From positions 295,877-359,876 of the forward strand of contig JBBUAP010000001.1 of the NCBI GenBank assembly GCA_038058635.1: a stretch of DNA of 64,000 nucleotides, in the 5' to 3' direction. Source of the stretch: Patescibacteria group bacterium (lineage in GTDB: Bacteria > Patescibacteriota > UBA1384 > 2-12-FULL-50-11). The translations under genes and the position numbers were made by a program. Shown in pieces: positions 8,715 to 18,303 of the stretch. Under the pieces are notes generated by a model. That model ran no database searches, was not told the origin of the DNA, and saw nothing but the letters and a program-made list of their open reading frames with translations. The first letter of the stretch is position 1. Every line of letters begins with the position of its first letter.

Positions 8715-10399
8715 TGCAATTGGACGAGGTTAGAAAAAGTTTTGTCGACTACTTTACCGACCTTGGTTATTTACGGCAAGACGAATCAAGCTTAATTCCT
8801 CGTAACGACCCGTCGGTCCTCTTTACTACCGCCGGAATGCAACAGTTCAAGGATTTTTACGCCTCGCCGCTTGATGCTCCGGCCAAATCGGTCGTCACCA
8901 TTCAACCAGTCTTTCGCACCAGCGATATTAGCGAAGTCGGCGACGCCACTCACCTGACAATGTTCGAGATGCTGGGCAATTTTCGTTTCGGCGAATCTTC
9001 GTCAATGAAAATGAAGGAGACGGCGATCAAAGAGGCCTGGAACTTTATCCATAAAAAACTTGGGGTTGTGAAAGAGCGGGTGTCAGCAACAGTTTTTAAG
9101 GGCGATAAATTAACTCCCGGCGATACCGAGTCAGAAGGAATCTGGCAGATGCTGGGCATTGAAGTTAAGCGGATGGGTCGCGACGATAACTTTTGGGGAC
9201 CGGCTGGCGACGACGGCCCGTGCGGTCCGTGTAGTGAAATATATATCGACGGGATTGAAGTTTGGAACCTCGTTTTTACTGAATATTTTAAGAGTCGAGA
9301 CGGAAAGTTTACTAGACTGCCGCAAGCAGGCCTTGATACTGGCTCGGGTCTAGAGCGATTGGCGGCTACCTTACAAAGCCATCGATCAGTCTGGGCGATT
9401 GAGCCGTTTGCTAATTGGGTCGAATCAATCGATCGCTCGCGCGAATACGAGAGCAAGATTATCGTTGATCATTTGCGGGCGATAATATTTCTCATCAGCG
9501 AAGGGATAATGCCAGCCAACAAAGGCCGGGATTACATCTTGCGCCGCCTGATTCGTAAGATTGTCTTCTTAGAGCGTCGGGCTGCTATCAAGGCCGACTT
9601 AGAAAAAATCATCGGTGAGATTCACGCCTACTACGCACCGTCCTACACCCTGACCGATCCCGTCAAAATCGTCAAAATTTTTGCTGACGAACAAGCCCAA
9701 TTTGAGAAAAACTTGGCTCGAGCGATTGGGCACTTGGATCGCTGGGTAACTAGTCAAACCAGCCAACCGTCAAGCGAAGAGATTACGAAGTTGGCTTTTT
9801 ATTTATTTGAGTCGTTCGGTTTCCCCAAAGAATTACTGCTAGAACACCTGATAGATTTGGGCTGGGAGTTTGATACCGACTTGTTCGCCAAGCTGTTTGC
9901 GACTCATCAAGAAATTTCTCGCCAGGGCTCGGAGGGTTTGTTCAAAGGCGGTTTGGCGGATCACGACGAACAGACCATTAAACATCACACCGCTCATCAC
10001 TTACTATTGGCGGCATTGCGCCAAGTATTGGGTGATTCAGTTGTCCAAAAAGGCTCGAATGTCACCAGCGAAAGACTGCGCCTAGATTTTAACTACGACC
10101 GAAAATTGACCGACGACGAACTCAAGAAAGTGGAAGATATTGTGAACGACCAGATTGCCGCCGACTTGCCGGTCGTGAAACAGGAAATGTCCAAAGACGA
10201 AGCCCTGCAATCCGGCGCCCTAGCGGAATTCGGCCAAAAATATGGCGATACAGTTTCTGTTTACACTATTGGAAACTTTTCCAAGGAGCTCTGCGGCGGC
10301 CCGCACATAGAAAAAACCGGCCTGCTCGGCCGGTTCGAAATCCTCAAAGAGGAAGCCTCCTCCCAGGGCGTCCGTCGCATCAAAGCCCGAGTTAGTTAG
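8711..10399 (+). CDS. alaS: alanine--tRNA ligase, compact form lacking the C-Ala domain
   Basis: Class II catalytic core at the N-terminus. Editing-domain motifs HHTAHHLL and CGGPH. Only 562 aa. Confidence 0.8.
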   Translation: MMQLDEVRKSFVDYFTDLGYLRQDESSLIPRNDPSVLFTTAGMQQFKDFYASPLDAPAKSVVTIQPVFRTSDISEVGDATHLTMFEMLGNFRFGESSSMKMKETAIKEAWNFIHKKLGVVKERVSATVFKGDKLTPGDTESEGIWQMLGIEVKRMGRDDNFWGPAGDDGPCGPCSEIYIDGIEVWNLVFTEYFKSRDGKFTRLPQAGLDTGSGLERLAATLQSHRSVWAIEPFANWVESIDRSREYESKIIVDHLRAIIFLISEGIMPANKGRDYILRRLIRKIVFLERRAAIKADLEKIIGEIHAYYAPSYTLTDPVKIVKIFADEQAQFEKNLARAIGHLDRWVTSQTSQPSSEEITKLAFYLFESFGFPKELLLEHLIDLGWEFDTDLFAKLFATHQEISRQGSEGLFKGGLADHDEQTIKHHTAHHLLLAALRQVLGDSVVQKGSNVTSERLRLDFNYDRKLTDDELKKVEDIVNDQIAADLPVVKQEMSKDEALQSGALAEFGQKYGDTVSVYTIGNFSKELCGGPHIEKTGLLGRFEILKEEASSQGVRRIKARVS

Positions 10400-10931
10400 T
10401 GTCCGATTTTTCCGGATCGGTTTTTCCGAGTCTCTCGGCTTCCTTAAGAGATTCTTCAATGTCTCTCTGAACCTCATCGAAATTCTGCGGACGATCACTA
10501 TCTAGTTCGTTTTGGGCAATTCTTTCTGCAGCCTGTTTAGCTCGTACATATAAACCAGCGTATAATAGGTTGTCGGGAAGCTCGTCAATCAGATTGTGGA
10601 TTTCCTCGAGAGCATCGCCCTTCATACCGGCGAGCGCCTGTAGCTCGTAGCATTTTAGCTGTAACTCAAGGTTCTGAATATTTCGGTCGTTCCCCGAAAA
10701 AGAGTTTACGACCTGTTCGCCGGCCGCTTGATAAGTCGTATAAAGTTCAACGGTTAATTCTTCGCCTTGCTCAACCCGAGCTCTAATTTCGACCATTGCC
10801 CAGGTCTCGACAAACTCTCCGCTATGAGCAACTTCTAATCTTGTTTCATCACCTGTTTGAGGGGTAACAAAATCCTCGGGGCGAGATTCGCCCGTAACTG
10901 GTTCTCTCGGCTCCCTTTCCATGTCGTCCAT
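10392..10931 (-). CDS. hypothetical acidic protein
   Basis: 179 aa, rich in Glu and Asp. Convergent with alaS. No family recognised. Confidence 0.4.
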   Translation of the reverse strand: MDDMEREPREPVTGESRPEDFVTPQTGDETRLEVAHSGEFVETWAMVEIRARVEQGEELTVELYTTYQAAGEQVVNSFSGNDRNIQNLELQLKCYELQALAGMKGDALEEIHNLIDELPDNLLYAGLYVRAKQAAERIAQNELDSDRPQNFDEVQRDIEESLKEAERLGKTDPEKSDTN

Positions 10932-10997
10932 AGTGTGACTTTACAACATTTAGTGAATTGCGCATAACGGTTTGTATCTGGTAATCTGAAAGGATAA

Positions 10998-12242
10998 ATG
11001 GGGCTGTTTGGGGGGCGCAAAAAACAGAATAATTGGGCGATTAGTCTCGACATCGGGACGGAGTTTGTTAAAACCCTGGTTTTTGAGGTCATTGACGGCG
11101 AGGGTCATATCCGTGGCGTCGGCCGGGCTCGCCAAAAACTTTCTGACATGCAGGGCGGCGGTATTACCGATATTCACGGTGTTGCCCAAAACTGCGAGAA
11201 AGCCATCGAAGAAGCAGCGACGATGGCCCAATTTCTACCTGACAAAGCTATTGTCGGTATCGCTGGTGAGTTGGTGAAAGGGGCGACGACAACCGTTAAA
11301 GTCACCCGAGCGAAACCCCAAACCCAAATTCAAGTTTCTGAGCTTCAAGATATCGTCAACCAAGTCCAAGCTCAGGCCTTCAGCCAGGCACGTAAAGAAT
11401 TGGCGGAAGAAACGGGGTTGGAAGAGATAGACATTCAGCTGGTCAATGCCGCCATCGTTTCAGTTGTTATTGACGGCTACAAAGTTTCTAACCCGATGAG
11501 CTACCAGGGTAAAGAACTGTCGGTTGGGGTTTACAACGCTTTTGCGCCGATCGTCCAATTTGGCGCCTTGGAAACGGTTGTCCGAGAGCTGAATCTGGAG
11601 CTGTTGGCTATCGCCGCCGAACCGTACGCCGTGGCTCGCTGTATGAACGAGGAGTCGACCGATTTTGCCGCCACTTTTATTGATATTGGCGGCGGGACGA
11701 CTGATATTGCCGTTGTGCGAAACGGCGGTGTTGATGGGACAAAAATGTTTGCCATCGGTGGCCGGGCTTTCACCAAACGAGTGGCCGCTGTTTTAGGCGA
11801 AACTTTTGCCAATGCCGAGGACGCCAAGATTGCTTACTCTTCTGGTACCCTCGACAAAGAAAAGGCCGAGTTGGTTCGTCAGGCCTTAAAGAACGATACT
11901 CAAGTTTGGCTGTCGGCTTTGCAAATATCGCTCGAAGATTTTGGCGAAGGCGACCTGTTGCCGTCGAAGATTTTACTCTGTGGCGGTGGAAGTAACTTGC
12001 CGGAGATCAAGGAAGTGCTGTCCGATCGGGAATGGTCGAAAGACTTGCCGTTCGCCCGGGCACCGGAAGTGCAGTTCATCAAGCCGAGCGATGTCGCCAA
12101 TATGATCGATGAAACCAAAACTCTCAAAGATATTTCCCAGGTCACGCCGATGGCTTTAGGCAATGTCGCCTTAGACTTGATTGGCCAAACGAGTATGCTA
12201 GAGACACTGATGAAAAAAGCCCTGACCGGAGTGAAGCAATAA
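10998..12242 (+). CDS. actin-fold ATPase of the FtsA/PilM family (FtsA-like)
   Basis: Phosphate-1 motif SLDIGTEFVK and a FIDIGGGTTDIAVV motif. The C-terminal segment is a candidate amphipathic membrane-targeting helix. Confidence 0.6.
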   Translation: MGLFGGRKKQNNWAISLDIGTEFVKTLVFEVIDGEGHIRGVGRARQKLSDMQGGGITDIHGVAQNCEKAIEEAATMAQFLPDKAIVGIAGELVKGATTTVKVTRAKPQTQIQVSELQDIVNQVQAQAFSQARKELAEETGLEEIDIQLVNAAIVSVVIDGYKVSNPMSYQGKELSVGVYNAFAPIVQFGALETVVRELNLELLAIAAEPYAVARCMNEESTDFAATFIDIGGGTTDIAVVRNGGVDGTKMFAIGGRAFTKRVAAVLGETFANAEDAKIAYSSGTLDKEKAELVRQALKNDTQVWLSALQISLEDFGEGDLLPSKILLCGGGSNLPEIKEVLSDREWSKDLPFARAPEVQFIKPSDVANMIDETKTLKDISQVTPMALGNVALDLIGQTSMLETLMKKALTGVKQ

Positions 12243-12344
12243 AATGCCAAAGGCATTTAGCGTCTGGCAACTAGCAACTAGCTACTGGCAGAAATTTAAA
12301 AAGATAAAGCCAGAAGCCAGAAGCTGTAAGCTAGGAGCTACTTT

Positions 12345-14135
12345 GTGATGAAGCCGATTTACCTCGAGCCGGACGAGGAGATTACTTCGATTATCGATCG
12401 ATTGGCAAAAGTCGACGAAAAGAAGATTGCCGTGGTGGTGCCAAAGAACAGCACGATGTTCCAAAGTCTGGTTAATTTAAAACTCTTAGCCCGTCAGGCC
12501 CAAAAATTGGGTAAAGAAGTGGCGATAATCTCCAGCAACAAAATTGGTAGTCGTTTAGCCAAGCAGGTCGGGCTAGAAACCTACGCTAGTTTAGGGACGG
12601 TTAGCAACGCCCCGACACCTACGTCTGTGACTAAACCTACGCCAAGTACCGAACCAGTAGGAGCTGATGTTTTGCCTGATGGTACCCCGGTGCATCGTTA
12701 CTCACCAGAGGTGGGTACACAGCAACTAGCAACTAGCCAAGAGCCACTAGCAGATGATGACGAGGAACCAGAGTTAGTCAGCCAACCAGACGCTAATTTT
12801 ATCGAGCCAGAAGCCAGTGGCCAGTTACCAGTAGCTCCTGACAACAAGCCAGAAGCAGTTCCTGATGAGCCAGAAACCCCTATCGATTTGCCAGTGGCTA
12901 GTAGCCAGAAGCTAGTTGCCCCCCCAAGTTTACCTCCCATTGTCTCGCGGGGGGTTCAAACTCGTCACGAATTTGTCTTTCCCTGGAAATCCGCAGCTGT
13001 GGCCGGATCGCTGGTGATTATCGCCTTCATCGTCACCTTTCTGTTCTTGCCCAAGGCCACCGTCACCCTGACTTTCCCGGCCATACTGTTGAGCGATACC
13101 GTTACCCTAACCGCCAAAACAACTGCCACCGAAGGCGAAGGAATTATCGCGGGCAATTTACTAACAACCGAAAAAACCTTAACCCAAGAAGTGACGGCGA
13201 CAGGCCAGAAAGATGTTGGCACCAAAGCCAGCGGCTCGGTGGCTGTCAAAAACTGCGAAGACACCAATCCTCATAGTTTAGCCGCTGGTACCAAGGCCAC
13301 TGCTAGCAGTAAAACCTTTACCACCGGCGCGGCCGTGACTATCCCGGCCGGTACTTTTAGTGGCGGCGGCACCGTCTGCACTTCTTCGACGGTTAGCGTG
13401 ACGCTGACGGCCAGCGAAGCCGGAACAGCTCACAACTTAGCCAGTGCCACCTTCACCTTTGCTGGTCTGGCCAGTCGCATTAGCGCTACCGGCTCGACGA
13501 CCGGCGGGACTACCAAACAAATCACTGTTTTGTCCCAAGACGATGTCGATCAGGCCTACTCGGCGCTGAAAACCCAACTTGTTACCGATGCGACCAACGA
13601 CCTGAAAAGCAAGGCTGGCACCCAGAGCATCGTCGCCGAAGCCATCAAACAAACGGTGGTCGAACAAAAAGTCGACAAGTCAGTTGGCGCTGAGGTTGCT
13701 AAAGCGACTGCTTCAGTGACAATTAATCTTTTTACCATCACCTTCGACCAAAGCACCATTGACGCCGCTGTTAAAACGAAGTTGTCGGAAAAATTGACGG
13801 CCGATCAGGAGCTGATCATTGCCGAGAATCAAATCGCCCTGCCCGCGTTTAAAGAAATGTCCGACGACAAGACTAGCTTAACTTTGACGGTGGCCGCGTC
13901 CGGTTTCGCCGCCCCGATTATCAATAAAAAAGCGGTTACCAAAGAAGTTAAGAACAAATCCGTCACTAGCGCCGAAAGTTTTCTCAAAGATAAGTATCAA
14001 GCCAGCAATGCCAAGATCGAAATTATCCCCGGCTGGTGGTTGAAGCGCTTGCCAATTCTCTCCCAAGCCATTACTGTCGAGTACGGCTATGAAGAAACAA
14101 CTCCTCAACCTAAAGATGCGATACCTGGGACTTGA
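12345..14135 (+). CDS. bitopic membrane protein with a cytoplasmic N-domain, Pro-rich linker, one TM helix and a Thr/Ala/Ser-rich extracellular beta-rich domain
   Basis: 596 aa. The TM helix lies near aa 215-237. No family recognised. Confidence 0.5.
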   Translation: MMKPIYLEPDEEITSIIDRLAKVDEKKIAVVVPKNSTMFQSLVNLKLLARQAQKLGKEVAIISSNKIGSRLAKQVGLETYASLGTVSNAPTPTSVTKPTPSTEPVGADVLPDGTPVHRYSPEVGTQQLATSQEPLADDDEEPELVSQPDANFIEPEASGQLPVAPDNKPEAVPDEPETPIDLPVASSQKLVAPPSLPPIVSRGVQTRHEFVFPWKSAAVAGSLVIIAFIVTFLFLPKATVTLTFPAILLSDTVTLTAKTTATEGEGIIAGNLLTTEKTLTQEVTATGQKDVGTKASGSVAVKNCEDTNPHSLAAGTKATASSKTFTTGAAVTIPAGTFSGGGTVCTSSTVSVTLTASEAGTAHNLASATFTFAGLASRISATGSTTGGTTKQITVLSQDDVDQAYSALKTQLVTDATNDLKSKAGTQSIVAEAIKQTVVEQKVDKSVGAEVAKATASVTINLFTITFDQSTIDAAVKTKLSEKLTADQELIIAENQIALPAFKEMSDDKTSLTLTVAASGFAAPIINKKAVTKEVKNKSVTSAESFLKDKYQASNAKIEIIPGWWLKRLPILSQAITVEYGYEETTPQPKDAIPGT

Positions 14136-14544
14136 TGTTGGGTCACGACATATCGGCGTGGCGGTAGGCGAGCTCCTGGCCAGCGAATTGACGACTCTTG
14201 ACGCCCCGAAAAACCAGAATTTTTACGACGCACCGAAACTGGTTGACGAGGAAATTGTGCGGTTAATTGCCAGCGAGCAAGTTGACGCGATCGTCGTTGG
14301 CTTGCCGGTCAACGAGCAGGGAGAGCTGTCGGCCGAAGCCGAATCGATCAAAAAATTTGCCGACCAACTAGGAACTCGACTCGACAAAACAATCCACTTT
14401 GTCAACGAAACACTGTCGAGTTTTATGGCTGAAGACATTCTGGAGAGTCAGGGCTTGAGTATCCAGGAAGCTAAACTGCGCGAGCATCAGCTTTCAGCCC
14501 AGTTAATCCTCCAGCAATACATCGAAGAAAATGTTGGTGCTTAA
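14116..14544 (+). CDS. ruvX: Holliday-junction-resolvase-like YqgF/RuvX nuclease
   Basis: N-terminal LGLDVGSRHIGVAVG matches the RuvX fold. An in-frame ATG at 14089 is an alternative start. Confidence 0.7.
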   Translation: MRYLGLDVGSRHIGVAVGELLASELTTLDAPKNQNFYDAPKLVDEEIVRLIASEQVDAIVVGLPVNEQGELSAEAESIKKFADQLGTRLDKTIHFVNETLSSFMAEDILESQGLSIQEAKLREHQLSAQLILQQYIEENVGA

Positions 14545-15442
14545 ACGCCTGGCCTTGGGCTTGCTGGGAATCATCGTCATCCTAGCAGTGATTTTTATTA
14601 TTCTTTTAGCGCCGAAAAATGAAGAGTCTACCGAAAAGGTAGATTTTGTCGTCGCCGCCAATCAACGATCGGCCGATATTTCGCAACATTTGGAAAAAGA
14701 GGGAGTGATCAAAAACGGTTTCGCCTTCTACCTCTATTTGAAGTTAATTAATGGCAAAATCCTGCCCGGTACCTACGAGTTGTCGACTAATCAGTCTGGC
14801 TCCGATATCGCCGGCCAGTTAGCCAGCGGCAAATTCAAGGTCGCCAAAATCACTATCATCGAAGGTTGGCGAGCCAGCCAGATGGAAGATTATTTTGTAA
14901 CCGACAAGAAGTTGCGCCAGCTAGAAGGATTTGCGAAACTGGCTGAGTCGTCCGAGGGCTATCTATTTCCCGATACTTACGAAGTCAAGATTGATGTCAC
15001 CAGTGAGGAGATAATCAAATTGATGCGGGAGACTTTCGAGCAGAAAACCAAGAGTCTACGGATTACACCCGAGACAGTTATTCTGGCCTCGATAGTTGAG
15101 CGCGAGTCGTTGGGGGATGAAGATCGGAGCCAAATCGCCGGTGTCTACGCCAATCGGGTCAGGCAAGGCATTCGACTCGAAGCCGATCCAACCATCCAGT
15201 ACGCCAAAGGCACTTGGGCGGCAGTGACACTCGCCGAGTATAAATCGGTCATCTCGCCGTACAATACATATCTTAACGACGGCTGGCCGCCGGGCCCGAT
15301 CTGCAGCCCGGGGCTGAAAAGCTTGGAAGCCGCTGCCGCACCAGCCAAGCACGACTATCTCTATTTTTTCCACGCCAAAGGTCAAACCTATTTCTCTAAA
15401 TCTTACGCCGAACACGCCGCCAAAGTCCGTCAAAATTTTTAA
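14531..15442 (+). CDS. mltG: endolytic murein transglycosylase MltG (YceG family)
   Basis: N-terminal TM helix and YceG motifs (IIEGWRASQ, ERES, NTYLNDGWPPGPICSPG). Forms the conserved ruvX-mltG pair. Confidence 0.75.
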   Translation: MLVLKRLALGLLGIIVILAVIFIILLAPKNEESTEKVDFVVAANQRSADISQHLEKEGVIKNGFAFYLYLKLINGKILPGTYELSTNQSGSDIAGQLASGKFKVAKITIIEGWRASQMEDYFVTDKKLRQLEGFAKLAESSEGYLFPDTYEVKIDVTSEEIIKLMRETFEQKTKSLRITPETVILASIVERESLGDEDRSQIAGVYANRVRQGIRLEADPTIQYAKGTWAAVTLAEYKSVISPYNTYLNDGWPPGPICSPGLKSLEAAAAPAKHDYLYFFHAKGQTYFSKSYAEHAAKVRQNF

Positions 15443-15454
15443 GCTCTAAGTATA

Positions 15455-16222
15455 ATGTCACGCTCTCCCCGGACGGCTAGAAACAGAATTCCGTGGGTGG
15501 TCGTAGCGGTGGTTGGATTACTGTTGGCGATCTTTATTCGTAGCCAGTATGTCGATTACTACCAAAGACTTGAGACTCCTTCAGACATCTTAACATTTAA
15601 ACCGACCGTACCAGCCAAGTCTATACCGACACCCGCCGCGCCGGCAGTTGCGGAAAAGCCTCCAGTAACCCTTCCGCTCAAAGTGCCGTTTACCTCTCAA
15701 GCGCCGCTGACTATTTGGGATCCACTACACGAAGAAGCCTGCGAAGAAGCTAGTTTGCTGATGGTTTATTATTACCGAACCGGCCAAAAGTTTGTCTCGC
15801 CGCTGGAAGCCGATACGGAGATTAAAAAGTTGGTCGCCTGGGAGGAGAGCAAGGGCTACAAAGTTGATCTGACGGCCAAGGAACTTGTAGCAGTCGCCAC
15901 AGAGTATATGAAACTGAAAACCGGACGAGTAATAGTTGCCCCGACTGTAGATCAGCTCAAAACCGAGCTCAAGGCCGGCCGACCGGTCATCGTTCCGGCC
16001 GCTGGCCGAGAGTTGAAGAATCCTAACTTCACCGCTCCCGGACCGATTTATCATATGCTCGTACTCAAGAGCTTTGATGAGACTGGCTTCATCGTCAACG
16101 ATCCCGGCACTCGCCGCGGCGAAAACTACCATTATGGGTTTAAAACCATAATGGACGCTATGCACGATTGGGATTCGGACAATATCCTAAAAGGCCAAAA
16201 AGCCGTAGTGGTTTTTGATTGA
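15455..16222 (+). CDS. membrane-anchored peptidase-C39-like domain protein
   Basis: TM anchor and Pro-rich linker. The C-terminal domain has the DPLHEEACEEAS cysteine context and a His near the C-terminus, resembling the C39_2 family. Confidence 0.45.
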   Translation: MSRSPRTARNRIPWVVVAVVGLLLAIFIRSQYVDYYQRLETPSDILTFKPTVPAKSIPTPAAPAVAEKPPVTLPLKVPFTSQAPLTIWDPLHEEACEEASLLMVYYYRTGQKFVSPLEADTEIKKLVAWEESKGYKVDLTAKELVAVATEYMKLKTGRVIVAPTVDQLKTELKAGRPVIVPAAGRELKNPNFTAPGPIYHMLVLKSFDETGFIVNDPGTRRGENYHYGFKTIMDAMHDWDSDNILKGQKAVVVFD

Positions 16223-16250
16223 GCGTTGCGTCTGTTGATTTCGGCTTCTG

Positions 16251-17312
16251 TTGCATTACAATGCTAAAACAATGCTAAATCGATTTTGGGGTGCTTTTTC
16301 GCATGATGTCGGCATAGATTTGGGTACCGCTAATACCCTCGTTTATGTTCGGGGCAAGGGGATTGTTATTAATGAACCGTCGGTGGTGGCGATTAACCAG
16401 AGAACCAAACAGATTTTAGCGATTGGGACCGAAGCCCAAGTGATGGTCGGCAAAACGCCAGCCCATATCGTCGCCACTCGACCACTAGTTGACGGCGTCG
16501 TCAGCGACTTTGAAGTGACCGAACAGATGCTCCGATATTTTATCGAACGAGTTCACAAAGAACGCTTTTCGTTTTTACCGCGCCCGCGAGTTGTGATTGG
16601 GGTGCCTTACGGGGTAACTGAAGTAGAACGCCGAGCGGCCGAAGAAGCGGCCTTGAACGCTGGCGCTCGTCAGGCCTTTTTGATTGAAGAGCCAGTGGCG
16701 GCGGCGATCGGTGCTCGACTACCGATTCAAGAAGCGACCGGCAGTATGATCGTGGATATCGGCGGCGGGACAACCGAAGTGGCCGTTATTTCGATGGGCG
16801 GTATCGTCGCCTCTCGCTCGATCCGGATCGCCGGTGACGAGATGAATCAGGATATCATTGACTACGCCCGCGACTACTTCAACCTACTTCTGGGTGAACG
16901 AACAGCAGAAAATATCAAAATCGATATCGGCTCAGCTATTGCCCTAAAAGAACCGTTGGAAAGACCGATGCGCGGTCGGGATTTGGTCTCTGGCCTGCCC
17001 CATCAGGTGATGATTAACGATGAACAAGTTCGCCAAGCGTTGTTGAAGTCGACCAATACAATTGTTGATGCGGTTAAGTCGACCATCGAAGAAACGCCGC
17101 CGGAATTAGTGGCCGATATAATGGAACGCGGTATTGTTCTGGCCGGTGGCGGGGCACTTCTGAATGGGCTGGATATCTTAATCTCTCAAGCCACCCAGAC
17201 TAAAGTTTATATTGCCGACGAACCGCTGACTTGTGTGGCCCGCGGTACCGGCGTCGTCCTGGAAGATTTAGAGACTCTAGAGAGTGTTCTTTTGAGTAGC
17301 GCACTTAGATGA
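16251..17312 (+). CDS. mreB: rod-shape-determining protein MreB
   Basis: Motifs DLGTANTLVYV, IVDIGGGTTEVAV and LAGGGALL. An alternative in-frame ATG sits at 16272. Confidence 0.9.
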   Translation: MHYNAKTMLNRFWGAFSHDVGIDLGTANTLVYVRGKGIVINEPSVVAINQRTKQILAIGTEAQVMVGKTPAHIVATRPLVDGVVSDFEVTEQMLRYFIERVHKERFSFLPRPRVVIGVPYGVTEVERRAAEEAALNAGARQAFLIEEPVAAAIGARLPIQEATGSMIVDIGGGTTEVAVISMGGIVASRSIRIAGDEMNQDIIDYARDYFNLLLGERTAENIKIDIGSAIALKEPLERPMRGRDLVSGLPHQVMINDEQVRQALLKSTNTIVDAVKSTIEETPPELVADIMERGIVLAGGGALLNGLDILISQATQTKVYIADEPLTCVARGTGVVLEDLETLESVLLSSALR

Positions 17313-18106
17313 TTCGTTTTCCTCATTGGAATTATCGGGTCATTATTCTGACGATGGCGGTGCTATTACTGATTGCCAGCCAATTTCGTTTCTTTAGTCC
17401 GGTTCGTGATTTTACTCGTCGAGCAATCGGCGCACCCGCTAGCATGTTTGATTCCTTGGCTAATCGCTTGAGCGCCTCGGCGCGGATCCTGTTTGCGATT
17501 AACGATCTCTCCAAAGAAAACGCTACTCTGCGTCTGCAAAACTCGACTCTCGAAGCCCAACTTGCCAAACTCAACTCGGTCCAAGGTGAAAACGAAACGC
17601 TCCGCCAAGATTTGAGCTTTAAAAACAGCCGAACTGATCTGAAATTAACGCCGGCCGAAGTTTTGTCATTCTCCCCGTCGGGACTTTATCAGGCCTTTAC
17701 GATTAACCGCGGGGCCCATGACGGCATTAAGGAGAATCAGGCTGTTGTTTCCAACGGTTTTCTAATTGGAAAAATTCACAAAGTCGCAGATTCGACCGCC
17801 GAGGTTTGGTTGATCACCAACCGCAACCTCCTGACTCCGGTCGTTCTGACCGGCAGCCAAACTATCGGCTTGCTATCGGGAGGAATTCGGGGATTGGTGG
17901 TCGAAAATATTCCGCTTGACACTAAAGTTTCGGTCGGAGAGCTGGTCGTCACTTCTTCGCTCGAAGGCATTTACCCATCGGGAATCGCCATTGGGAAAGT
18001 CGAGGAAATTATTTCGCTGAAGGAAGAAATTTTTCTAACCCTACGGATTAGCACTCCGACTAAATTCGGCGATCTGACGGTGGTTTTCGTGGTCACTAAG
18101 AGCTAA
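17309..18106 (+). CDS. mreC: rod-shape-determining protein MreC
   Basis: N-terminal TM helix, coiled-coil segment and C-terminal beta domain. Lies immediately after mreB. Confidence 0.75.
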   Translation: MIRFPHWNYRVIILTMAVLLLIASQFRFFSPVRDFTRRAIGAPASMFDSLANRLSASARILFAINDLSKENATLRLQNSTLEAQLAKLNSVQGENETLRQDLSFKNSRTDLKLTPAEVLSFSPSGLYQAFTINRGAHDGIKENQAVVSNGFLIGKIHKVADSTAEVWLITNRNLLTPVVLTGSQTIGLLSGGIRGLVVENIPLDTKVSVGELVVTSSLEGIYPSGIAIGKVEEIISLKEEIFLTLRISTPTKFGDLTVVFVVTKS

Positions 18107-18139
18107 TCCACATCAACCTTAAGAAGCGAATATGAAATT

Positions 18140-18262
18140 CATTTCGAGCGAAAAAGGTGATTTATGTCGAGCCACTAGTTGGCGAGAGCTAGGAGCGAAG
18201 CGACTATGAAGAACGATAGAAGCTCTATCGTGATGAGTAAATCGGTTTTTGCAGCCGAAATG
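18140..18262 (+). repeat. roughly 120-nt intergenic element, copy A of two in the window
   Basis: Shares a 5' terminus CATTTCGAGCGAAAA and a 3' terminus GATGAGT..(T)TTGCAGCCGAAAT with the element at 41058-41173. It has an internal hairpin (GATAGAAGCTCTATC) and 7-bp terminal complementarity CATTTCG/CGAAATG. Confidence 0.5.
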
Positions 18263-18303
18263 AATCAGATGCAGCTATATATGTTGTTGTGGATTAGCTC
18301 TAA

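Noticed and set aside
12698-13267. Minus-strand Ser/Gly-rich ORFs inside the 596-aa Thr-rich gene
   Set aside because: They are an antisense artefact of the Thr/Ala/Ser-codon-rich sense strand.
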